Source: an uncultured Spirochaetota bacterium (GTDB taxonomy: Bacteria; Spirochaetota; Brevinematia; Brevinematales; JAOACQ01). Taken from it: a DNA stretch of 64,000 nucleotides. The stretch lies in NCBI GenBank assembly GCA_963768055.1, contig CAVYGN010000002.1:352001-416000 (forward strand), read 5' to 3'. Below are positions 56,166 to 64,000 of this stretch, in pieces. Each line of letters starts with the position of its first letter. The stretch's first letter is position 1. The notes beneath the pieces were generated by a model, which worked only from the letters and a program-made list of their open reading frames with translations, ran no database searches and had not been told where the DNA came from. The position numbers and the translations under genes were made by a program.

Positions 56166-58982
56166 TCATCCTAAGTCAAGTAAATCTCTCAAATTATCCC
56201 AGGTCATACGGGAAATATATGAATTGCTGGGAGTAACAATGCTGTCGAATATGTCCTTTTTGTGAAACTGCAGTTTCCTGATCTTTTCTTCTATGGTACC
56301 CATAGTCAGCAGGCGGTAAACATTTACTGTTTTTGTCTGTCCCATCCGGTGGACACGGTCAACTGCCTGGCTTTCCACCGCCGGGTTCCACCACGGATCG
56401 AAAATAATCACTGAATCGGCTCCGACAATATTGAGGCCCGTACCCCCGGCTTTAAGCGAGATCAAAAATACCGGTATATCCGAAGCGTTGAAATGTTCGA
56501 CAAGCGCGAACCTGTTCTTCGTCTGGCCGTCGAGGTAGGAGTATTCAACATCCTCATTCTTCAGTTCCAGCCTGATGATTTTAAGCATTTCCACGAACTG
56601 GCTGAAAACAACAACCCTGTGCCCGCTGTCGATCGATTCATAAACAAGTTCCATAAGCGCCTTCAGCTTGATTGAAATATCGCTGACATCGCTAAGATCG
56701 GGCAGGAGAAGGGCCGGATGAAGGCAGATCTGACGCAGTCTTGTTATTGCCGCCAGGATGTCAATCGTTTTCCTTTCCGGGTTGTCGAAGCCTTTAAGCG
56801 AAGCATAGTTTTTTTTAACATCGGACAGGGTTTCAATGTAAAGCGCCTTCTGTTTTTCAGTAAGTTCAAGGTAAAGTTCCTGTTCGATTTTTTCCGGAAG
56901 TTCCTTTTGAACGGCGCTTTTCGTCCGCCGGAGCATAAAGGGCCTGACAAGGGAATTAAGCTTTTTAAGGGCCGGCATACTTTCCGACTGGTTCGGGCTT
57001 GCTATCGGATCGAGGAACTTTTTCTTGAAATGCGAATGACTGCCGAGAAATCCCGGCATAAGAAAATCAAAAATTGACCAGAATTCAGATATTGAATTTT
57101 CAATCGGAGTTCCTGTCAGCGCGAGCCTGTACTTTGCCTTGATATTTTTTATGGAAAGCGTCCTCTTCGCCTTTTTATTCTTTATATGCTGGGCTTCGTC
57201 CAGAACACAGTAATAAAAAGACTTACCGCTGTATTCGACACTGTCGGCATGGAGAAGCGGGTAAGAAGTGATTATCACATCGTACTTATCCAGGGCATCT
57301 ATTTTTTCAATCCTTTCTTTTTTAGACCCGTCGACAACCATGTAAGAAAGCCCTTCGCCCATAAATTTTCTTATCTCGTTGACCCAATTATATAAAAGGG
57401 CAGTGGGGCAAATTATTATCGAAGTACCTCTTCCGGGAGAGTCCTTGACCGCAAGAAAAAAAGAAAGGACCTGAACGGTTTTACCGAGCCCCATTTCATC
57501 GGCAAGAATTCCGCTGAAACCCGTCCTGTTCAGAAAAGCTATCCAGTAGACGCCGGTTTTCTGGTACGATCTTAAAACTCCGCTAGGCGGGTCGGGAATG
57601 GGTATTTTTTTCAGGACTTTTTTTTCCTGACTGGAAAACTCTGAAAATTCCCGGATTCCCGGCAGTGCCGGGTCTATATTGAGGGCCAGGTCATCTTCAA
57701 ACAAATAAGCAATTTCATAGGGACTTGCAAAAAAGCCTTTATCCTTGTCCTCTTTAATGTCTTCAAGGAGCCTTCTGAGATTTTCGACCTCTTCAGCTTT
57801 GGGGACTATAATCGCGCCTTCTTTCTCAAGATAACCCTTCCCGGCGATTAGAGAAAGTTCCGAGAGGGTTAAGACAATATCCTCTATCCTGTAATGGAAA
57901 CTGACTTCGAGCCAGTCGGTCCTTTCATGGATATCGGCGCTTTTCGAGTCGAAACCGCCGGCTAAAAATTTCATCCGTCCCGAGGGTCCCCATAATTCGG
58001 CATCCGGTAAAACCGAAGGCAAAAATTTTCTGAAAAGCGTTTCGCTGTCATAGGTTGTGATTTCATTATTTTTGAATTCGTTTAAAAGCTCAAAAAAAGA
58101 GTTCCGGAGCGATTCATTGATTTTTTGTATTTTCTCATAAATTGAACTTCCGGCCCGCACAATGATCACCCTGTTTTTTCCGGCGGGAAAAAGTATATCC
58201 TCCTGCATAAGTGCGCTTTTCCTGAGTTCGTTGAAAGAAAGGGGAATTTCCCTCTCAGACCCTCCCTCCCCGAAAGACAGATAAGCGCCCAGTTTATATT
58301 CATCCTGAGGATTATGCGTGTACCGTAAAACGATTTTCTCATTTTTGGCCTCAATGACTTTGGGCAGTTTGAAATGCCCGTCAATAAAGGCGTTTTCGCC
58401 AGGGTTTAAAAGTCTTTTTTTAAGGTTGTATTCGGCGCGAACGCTTCCTGAAATGAAAAGCTCCCTTAATGTATCCCTGCTGAGCATGAAAAGCACCGGG
58501 TAGAGCCTTTTTTTGTCAATGATATAATTCTCAAAAGTGGTCTCGATGAGGAATTGGCCCCGCATGCCCTCAAGCTTTAAGTTCTCGAAAGATTCGTCGA
58601 AACCGAGTTCCAGGGGCCTGTACCCTGCTTCCATTTTAAGTGAAAATCTTTCTTTTTCAAGAGAAAAAACACACCCGGCAGCAAGAAGTTCCCTGAAAAA
58701 AAGAGTATCGACAGGCGTGTTGATCGTCAATTCCCTGCTCTGCCTGTCTGAAACATTGTATGAATACGTTTTGAAAAGGAGTATAAAATTCCTGGTCTCT
58801 ACGGGAAGGGACGCGAAATCCTCGATAATATCGAACCCGAAATATTCCCCCTCCAGGTTAATTAAAAGCAGCCTCTCTGACAATGCGTCCCGGGGGTCCA
58901 CCCTGACTGTCAACCGGGTAATAAGAGATCCTTCGCTGTATAGTTTCGCCGTTATGTCCAGCCCGGTCAATCGAGACTTCAT
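56166..58982 (-). CDS. SNF2/SWI2-family helicase-like ATPase
   Basis: LADEMGLGKT, DEAQ, LTGTPIEN, FSQF, SLKAGGTGLN, DPWWNP and DRVHRMGQ. Confidence 0.95.
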   Translation of the reverse strand: MKSRLTGLDITAKLYSEGSLITRLTVRVDPRDALSERLLLINLEGEYFGFDIIEDFASLPVETRNFILLFKTYSYNVSDRQSRELTINTPVDTLFFRELLAAGCVFSLEKERFSLKMEAGYRPLELGFDESFENLKLEGMRGQFLIETTFENYIIDKKRLYPVLFMLSRDTLRELFISGSVRAEYNLKKRLLNPGENAFIDGHFKLPKVIEAKNEKIVLRYTHNPQDEYKLGAYLSFGEGGSEREIPLSFNELRKSALMQEDILFPAGKNRVIIVRAGSSIYEKIQKINESLRNSFFELLNEFKNNEITTYDSETLFRKFLPSVLPDAELWGPSGRMKFLAGGFDSKSADIHERTDWLEVSFHYRIEDIVLTLSELSLIAGKGYLEKEGAIIVPKAEEVENLRRLLEDIKEDKDKGFFASPYEIAYLFEDDLALNIDPALPGIREFSEFSSQEKKVLKKIPIPDPPSGVLRSYQKTGVYWIAFLNRTGFSGILADEMGLGKTVQVLSFFLAVKDSPGRGTSIIICPTALLYNWVNEIRKFMGEGLSYMVVDGSKKERIEKIDALDKYDVIITSYPLLHADSVEYSGKSFYYCVLDEAQHIKNKKAKRTLSIKNIKAKYRLALTGTPIENSISEFWSIFDFLMPGFLGSHSHFKKKFLDPIASPNQSESMPALKKLNSLVRPFMLRRTKSAVQKELPEKIEQELYLELTEKQKALYIETLSDVKKNYASLKGFDNPERKTIDILAAITRLRQICLHPALLLPDLSDVSDISIKLKALMELVYESIDSGHRVVVFSQFVEMLKIIRLELKNEDVEYSYLDGQTKNRFALVEHFNASDIPVFLISLKAGGTGLNIVGADSVIIFDPWWNPAVESQAVDRVHRMGQTKTVNVYRLLTMGTIEEKIRKLQFHKKDIFDSIVTPSNSYISRMTWDNLRDLLDLG

Positions 58983-59048
58983 TAACTGTCCTCCTTAACT
59001 TTATTATAATGGAAAAAGGGGAAAACGAAAAGAATCGAGATGGGAATT

Positions 59049-59097
59049 CACAGGGAGGCACAGCGGAGAGCGGGCAGTCCTTCGTGTGCCTTAGCGG
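59049..59097. repeat. Short imperfect intergenic palindrome downstream of xerC
   Basis: CACAGGGAGGCACAGCGG...CCTTCGTGTGCCTTAGCGG with an AGGCACA/TGTGCCT core. Confidence 0.4.
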
Positions 59098-59102
59098 CCC
59101 CC

Positions 59103-59993
59103 CTACGCATGGGGATGGAATTCATCGTAATCCTTTTTTAGTTTATCGATAGTCAGGTGGGTGTAAACCTGGGTTGTGGAAAGGCTTTCATGGCCGAGCA
59201 TTTCCTGGATGACGCGGATCCCGGCCCCGTTCTGAAGGAGGTGGGTGGCGAAGGTATGCCGCAGCGTATGGGGCGAGACATGCTTCTGGATCGAGAGTTC
59301 GCCGATATAGCGGTTTATGATATAGCGCACCATCCTGTCCTGCAGCCTTTTCCCGCTCTTGGTCAGGAAAAGCGCGCCGGTATCCCCCGTAGCGGGGGCA
59401 AGTTCCCTCCTGCAGGCGAGGTATTTTTTCATCATCAGCAGGGCCTGTTGTCCCGTCGGGACTACCCGCTGCTTATTGCCCTTCCCGGTGACCAGGAGTA
59501 CGCCCTCCCCGAAATCGATTTCCCCCAGGTTCAGGCCCGTGAGTTCGGAAACGCGCAGGCCGCTGGCGTATAAAAGCATTACTACGGTCTTATTCCTTAT
59601 CGAGAGGGCGCCGGATTCCGGGATGCTGGCTATGAGGTCCGACATTTCGGATTTCTCGAGAACCGCCGGAAGCCTCTTGTCTTTTTTCGGGGAGGAAATA
59701 AGGGCCGCGGGGTTCGTTATGACCGCGTCCGTCCTGACAAGATATTTAAAGAGAGACTTAAGCGACGCGATCTTCCGCTCAATCGAAGCCGGTTTGAGGC
59801 CGCTTTTCCCCAGGCCCGATATATAGATATGAAGAAGCTTATAGGTTATCTTGCCGGCTTCTGAAATCGATTGCCCGGCCAGGAACGAAAGGAATTCCTC
59901 GAGGTCTTTTTTGTACGATATTATAGTATTCCCGGAACAGCCCTTTTCATAGCGCAGGTAAGTCAGGAAACTATCGATATTCTTATCTATCAT
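59103..59993 (-). CDS. xerC: Tyrosine recombinase XerC/XerD family
   Basis: LYASGLRVSEL, GKGNKQR, HTLRHTFATHLL, LGH, TTQVYTH and C-terminal FHPHA. Confidence 0.9.
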   Translation of the reverse strand: MIDKNIDSFLTYLRYEKGCSGNTIISYKKDLEEFLSFLAGQSISEAGKITYKLLHIYISGLGKSGLKPASIERKIASLKSLFKYLVRTDAVITNPAALISSPKKDKRLPAVLEKSEMSDLIASIPESGALSIRNKTVVMLLYASGLRVSELTGLNLGEIDFGEGVLLVTGKGNKQRVVPTGQQALLMMKKYLACRRELAPATGDTGALFLTKSGKRLQDRMVRYIINRYIGELSIQKHVSPHTLRHTFATHLLQNGAGIRVIQEMLGHESLSTTQVYTHLTIDKLKKDYDEFHPHA

Positions 59994-59995
59994 TG

Positions 59996-61219
59996 TTAAA
60001 GGAAATCAACCCTGTAAATAATGCCGATGCTGAAAAACAGGTCCTCGAAAGAGGAGGTCTGACCGCCGCCGGAGTAATATATTTCATAATAGTGCCCTAT
60101 ATCGTAGGTAAATCTTGCCGACAATCCGATATCCCCGAAGAAATAAGTCGCCCCGATTATCAGGGGGGGAAAATCATAAGTTATGTACCGGCTGTTATTG
60201 GTAGTGTAGAGCTGGTTGGTCTTTTCAAACCAGGGGCAAAACTGCAAAGATAATTCGAGGTTATGGTTCGGATTCCAGATAACTACGAACGACATTGGAA
60301 AAGCCGTATAACCGGTCGAAGAGTACATCGAACTATTCCCGTTATTTCCGTAGTCGCCATTTGTCCCGACGTACTCGCTCTGTACATAAATCCCGAAACC
60401 AATAGCGAAGGCCCCTTCCCACCATGGGAGATAATAGGAACCGGTCAAAGAAACATAGCCGGGTATATCCACAGAACCGAAGTTTCTCATGTACCAGTCG
60501 TAATACGGCAGGCCGGGCAGCCCGTTCATGTTGAAATCGAGCCGTATGTCCCAGTAGCGCAGGACGACCCCGATTTCCATTGAAGTTATGGGCCATTGAC
60601 CGTTATAACTGTTTGTATTATTTTGATCCTCACTTAAAATAAAGTTTTTGCTGCCTAAATCGGTGACAAAGCCGAACCGCGTATACATTTGCCTTTTAAT
60701 ATTTACCTTCTCGGTTTCATAAAGGGTTTCGCGGATCTTTTTGACCCTCGCCTCGCTTTCCGCGGTCATCTCCGGCAGGACCTCTTTAATCTTTCTTACT
60801 ATATCGGAGGCCATTGCGTCTATAGTGTCGAATATATCCGCGGTGACCGTACCGGTGTAAACCCGGCGCATTTTAAGCCTGTTCTCAAGGACGTCGAAAA
60901 CAACGGCGGTGACGAAAAGCCTGTCGTTTTCAACATAATAACTGCCGTAAACTATCACATCTGCTTTTGCATCATGGCCGATCGATACAGCATTGCTGTA
61001 TTCGGCTACGGTGTTGGTCGACAGACCTGGCGACACCCTGAAATTATCCTGCTTGCCAAGCTCCGAAGAAATCGTTTTCTGCAGAATGAGCTCTATATTC
61101 CTGTTGGGGTTCTTGGACTCGTTTTCCCATGCAGCGACGAAAATGTTCCACTTTTCTGCGGGAAAAGCCTTTGCGGTGCATAGCATCAATAAAACTATTA
61201 TAAAACATCTAAAATTCAT
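59996..61219 (-). CDS. Exported protein with a TolB-N/CsgG-like domain and a putative C-terminal beta-barrel
   Basis: Signal peptide from ATG 61219; ADVIVYGSYYV...VTAVVFDV...IFDTIDAMASDI, then amphipathic strands ending IGIIYRVDFL. Confidence 0.65.
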   Translation of the reverse strand: MNFRCFIIVLLMLCTAKAFPAEKWNIFVAAWENESKNPNRNIELILQKTISSELGKQDNFRVSPGLSTNTVAEYSNAVSIGHDAKADVIVYGSYYVENDRLFVTAVVFDVLENRLKMRRVYTGTVTADIFDTIDAMASDIVRKIKEVLPEMTAESEARVKKIRETLYETEKVNIKRQMYTRFGFVTDLGSKNFILSEDQNNTNSYNGQWPITSMEIGVVLRYWDIRLDFNMNGLPGLPYYDWYMRNFGSVDIPGYVSLTGSYYLPWWEGAFAIGFGIYVQSEYVGTNGDYGNNGNSSMYSSTGYTAFPMSFVVIWNPNHNLELSLQFCPWFEKTNQLYTTNNSRYITYDFPPLIIGATYFFGDIGLSARFTYDIGHYYEIYYSGGGQTSSFEDLFFSIGIIYRVDFL

Positions 61220-62411
61220 ATTCGAACCCCAGGCCCAGCTGGACAATAGTATATCTAAAAGAGCTGAAATTCATCCCGTTTGTCAACTGATAATTATCTG
61301 AAGTCCCCACTGCATACCTCATATAGTCAAGGCTTATCCTGAATCTCGGCACGACCTCGAAATTAAATAGAATATCAATGTAAGGCGGACCGGCCGAATC
61401 GCTGAAATTACTGTTATAATTCGAAATGCCCTGCTGATTGAAATTCAAGGTCCCGTTTCCCGGGGTTGGCAGCCCCGAGGCAAACCGTATATAATAAGAC
61501 TTGGTAATATTGAATTGTAAAACCGGGCATAATGTAAAATTCTGGATATCGCCCGAAGGAAAATTTAAATCCGTACCGGCCATTAATCCGCCGGAAGTGA
61601 AATGGGTATTGAAATAATCAAATTCCAGTCCCAGGATGATGAGGCTGCCGAATATTCCGTAACCCGCCCCGGCATTAAGGCATGACGTATAGCCGAAACC
61701 CCCTGTGGTCAAGATGCCGCCCCCAAGCCAGGCGTTCCAGGCGTACCAGCTCAAAATCCCCTCGGCCCGGACCGACGGCCCTCCGCCGGCCAGGTTGGTG
61801 CCGACGTTGAGCCCTCCGCCTCCGCCGTTAGAGGAGTTACCCTGCTGCTGGTAAGATAATTGCGAGTTTAACTCTGTGAAACCGGGGGTCAGGCGGACGC
61901 TTATCGACGGGTTGGTGGATTCAAATTCGCTCACCCTTACCTTGACTAATTCGACGGTTTTGAGCTCCTCTTTTTTCATCATCGGGTAATCCGCTTTCAG
62001 TATATCGAGCATTTTCCGGGCTGCAGGCTGGATCGATGCAATTACGTCCCTTCTTCCGAACTCTATGCTGTTATCGAGTAGTTCCAATTTTTCGCCGGTT
62101 TTTTCGCCTGTTTTGTAAAGCCCCACCCTGTAATTCAATCCGTTCGTATCGATTATTATAATCACACTTGCGTTGATCGAATTTACCGAAAGGGTTTCAA
62201 GGTCGGATTTGTCTCCGGAAAACAGCTGTATATTGGAATCGCTGTCGGCCAGTGAGAGCAATGTCTCCCGAAGAATTTTGCATATGCCCGCGTATTCCCC
62301 CTTTTTATCGAAAGAAACACCTATCTTCTGGGCGTAATAATCATTGTCGGCAAAGGCAGGGACAATTACGGCAACCAAAAATACGGCTGCTGAAATAAAT
62401 TTTAAAATCAC
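61209..62411 (-). CDS. Exported protein with a putative C-terminal beta-barrel
   Basis: GTG start with GGAGG SD, signal peptide, and Gly/aromatic strands ending LGLGFEYEF. Confidence 0.65.
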   Translation of the reverse strand: MILKFISAAVFLVAVIVPAFADNDYYAQKIGVSFDKKGEYAGICKILRETLLSLADSDSNIQLFSGDKSDLETLSVNSINASVIIIIDTNGLNYRVGLYKTGEKTGEKLELLDNSIEFGRRDVIASIQPAARKMLDILKADYPMMKKEELKTVELVKVRVSEFESTNPSISVRLTPGFTELNSQLSYQQQGNSSNGGGGGLNVGTNLAGGGPSVRAEGILSWYAWNAWLGGGILTTGGFGYTSCLNAGAGYGIFGSLIILGLEFDYFNTHFTSGGLMAGTDLNFPSGDIQNFTLCPVLQFNITKSYYIRFASGLPTPGNGTLNFNQQGISNYNSNFSDSAGPPYIDILFNFEVVPRFRISLDYMRYAVGTSDNYQLTNGMNFSSFRYTIVQLGLGFEYEF

Positions 62412-62499
62412 AGGACCCCCTCCCGGATTTTTATAACATGTTAATTAATGGTAATATTATTGCAAGTATTTTTTCATATTTATTTGTATATAAAAATCA

Positions 62500-62542
62500 C
62501 ATCATACAGCCCCTTTTAGGGGCTGTTATCCTCGAAATGACA
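62500..62542. repeat. REP-like family A right end next to a small hairpin
   Basis: ACAGCCCC-TTTTA-GGGGCTGT followed by CCTCGAAATGACA. Confidence 0.55.
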
Positions 62543-62605
62543 CTTCCAGCTAACCATTCCAGAAAATATTCCGAAAATTAAAAAGAATAAAAACGGAGGG
62601 AATCA

Positions 62606-64000
62606 ATGGGAAAAATCATCGGGATAGACCTTGGCACAACTTATTCGGCGGTGGCCTGCCTTAATAATGAGGGTAAACCGGTAATCATCCCGGACAGGAA
62701 CGGCAATAAAACAGTCCCTTCAGTAGTGGCATTCACGCCTGAAGCGGTTCTTGTGGGATTCGCGGCTATAGGGAGGGAATTGTCATCCCCCGATTCCGTT
62801 GTGAAAAAGATCAAAAGAAAAATGGGCACTGATTATAAGTTCAATTACGGCGGACGGGATTATTCGCCTGAGGAAATCTCATCGTTTATCCTGAAACACC
62901 TTAAATCGATGGCTGAGGAATATCTGGGCTGCCAGGTCAGGGAGGCGATAATAACGGTGCCGGCATACTTTAACGATAATCAAAGACAGGCGACGAAGAC
63001 GGCGGGAAAGCTTGCGGGTCTTTCCGTTAAAAGGATCATAAACGAGCCGACAGCCGCCTCTCTCTCCTACGGCATTAATCCGGGCGAGGATCTGAACATC
63101 ATGGTTTACGACCTTGGAGGAGGGACTTTCGATGTATCGATTCTCAGCGTGGCCGACGGCGTATATGAAGTGATCGCAACCGCAGGCGACAATAACCTCG
63201 GTGGAGAAGACTTCAATTCAAGGATCATCGATATCATTTGCGCCAATTTTCAAAAAGAGAACGGCATCGATCTCAGGGACGACCCTCTGGCAATGGTCAA
63301 AATAAGCAGCGCTGTTGAGAAATCTAAAATCGAGCTTTCCTCAAAAAAGAAATCCGTCATATCGGTCCCTTTCATAACCGCTGACGAAAACGGGCCTAAA
63401 AATATCGATTTTGAACTGACAAGGAACAATTTCGAAGAACTGATCAAGGATTATATAGACAGGACCATCGAACTATGCCGGCTGGCGGCGAGCGACTCCG
63501 AAATTAATATAAGTATGATTGACAGGATAATTCCCGTCGGGGGTTCATCCAGGATACCGTCGGTCAGAAAACACCTTGCCGAGCTTTATGGCAGGGAATT
63601 AAGCGATTCTCTTGACCCTGAACAGGTCGTTGCCTGCGGCGCAGCGATACAGGGCGGCATTATAGAAGGAGATGTCGGCGGTATCGTGCTTGTGGACGTT
63701 ACGCCCTTATCGATGGGAATCGAGGTGGAAGACGGGTTTTTCGTTCCGATAATTGAAAGAAACAGCCCCATTCCAACCGCAGCAAAGCGGACTTTCACTA
63801 CCGTTACCGACAGCCAGAAGAGTGTGGATATTCATATAATGCAGGGCGAAAGTATGTACAGTAAAAACAACATATCCCTCGGAAAATTCAAACTCGAGGG
63901 GATAAGGTCCGCTATAAGAGGAGAACCCAGGATAGAGGTCAATTTTGAACTCGATGTCAACGGCATTCTCCAGGTAAGCGCTCTCGACATCGATACGAAA
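62606..64000 (+). CDS. dnaK: Hsp70/DnaK-family chaperone, partial (runs off the window end), probably a secondary paralogue
   Basis: Not in the ORF track. Hand translation gives MGKIIGIDLGTTYS, ITVPAYFNDNQRQATK, IINEPTAA, YDLGGGTFDVS, VGGSSRIP, LVDVTPLSMG and PRIEVNFELDVNGIL; GGAGG SD. Confidence 0.93.
   Translation, partial: MGKIIGIDLGTTYSAVACLNNEGKPVIIPDRNGNKTVPSVVAFTPEAVLVGFAAIGRELSSPDSVVKKIKRKMGTDYKFNYGGRDYSPEEISSFILKHLKSMAEEYLGCQVREAIITVPAYFNDNQRQATKTAGKLAGLSVKRIINEPTAASLSYGINPGEDLNIMVYDLGGGTFDVSILSVADGVYEVIATAGDNNLGGEDFNSRIIDIICANFQKENGIDLRDDPLAMVKISSAVEKSKIELSSKKKSVISVPFITADENGPKNIDFELTRNNFEELIKDYIDRTIELCRLAASDSEINISMIDRIIPVGGSSRIPSVRKHLAELYGRELSDSLDPEQVVACGAAIQGGIIEGDVGGIVLVDVTPLSMGIEVEDGFFVPIIERNSPIPTAAKRTFTTVTDSQKSVDIHIMQGESMYSKNNISLGKFKLEGIRSAIRGEPRIEVNFELDVNGILQVSALDIDTK

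Noticed and set aside
56166..59993. xerC plus SNF2 as a prophage, integron or defence island
   Set aside because: The recombinase has housekeeping XerC/D features and no integron-integrase insert; there are no att repeats, tRNA target, methylase, nuclease or phage genes nearby.
1..64000. Alternative genetic code (TAG or TGA reassignment)
   Set aside because: Conserved genes end normally at TAA, TAG and TGA, and only one internal TAG was found.

Overview
A gene-dense stretch of bacterial chromosome, probably from a spirochaete. The evidence for that is a FlaA flagellar-sheath gene, a FlgD-Ig/OmpA protein, and spirochaete-like lipoproteins and outer-membrane proteins. It is mostly housekeeping: rimP-nusA-infB, glgP, pncB-pncA, lolE/D-ilvE, a Yej/Opp-type peptide ABC system with two binding proteins, def-fmt-PASTA-rpe, gap, an NtrC regulator/HD-GYP/nth cluster, SNF2, xerC and a partial Hsp70. 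I found no rRNA, tRNA, CRISPR array, transposase or prophage. The most unusual items are: (1) an intact DnaE paralogue with degenerate PHP and polymerase motifs but apparently retained HhH, clamp-like and OB regions; (2) a ~270-nt imperfect inverted repeat between glgP and pncB; (3) two dispersed intergenic repeat families, one a MITE-like element whose terminal repeat contains the last codons and stop of nusA; (4) a stand-alone MORC-like GHKL ATPase with an Ig-like insert at the head of a redox operon; (5) an excess of Thr-Asn dipeptides in exported proteins; and (6) two single-base lesions, a +1 frameshift in flaA and an in-frame amber codon in an ABC exporter, either of which could be an assembly error. 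All calls come from reading motifs by eye; no database search or folding was run.
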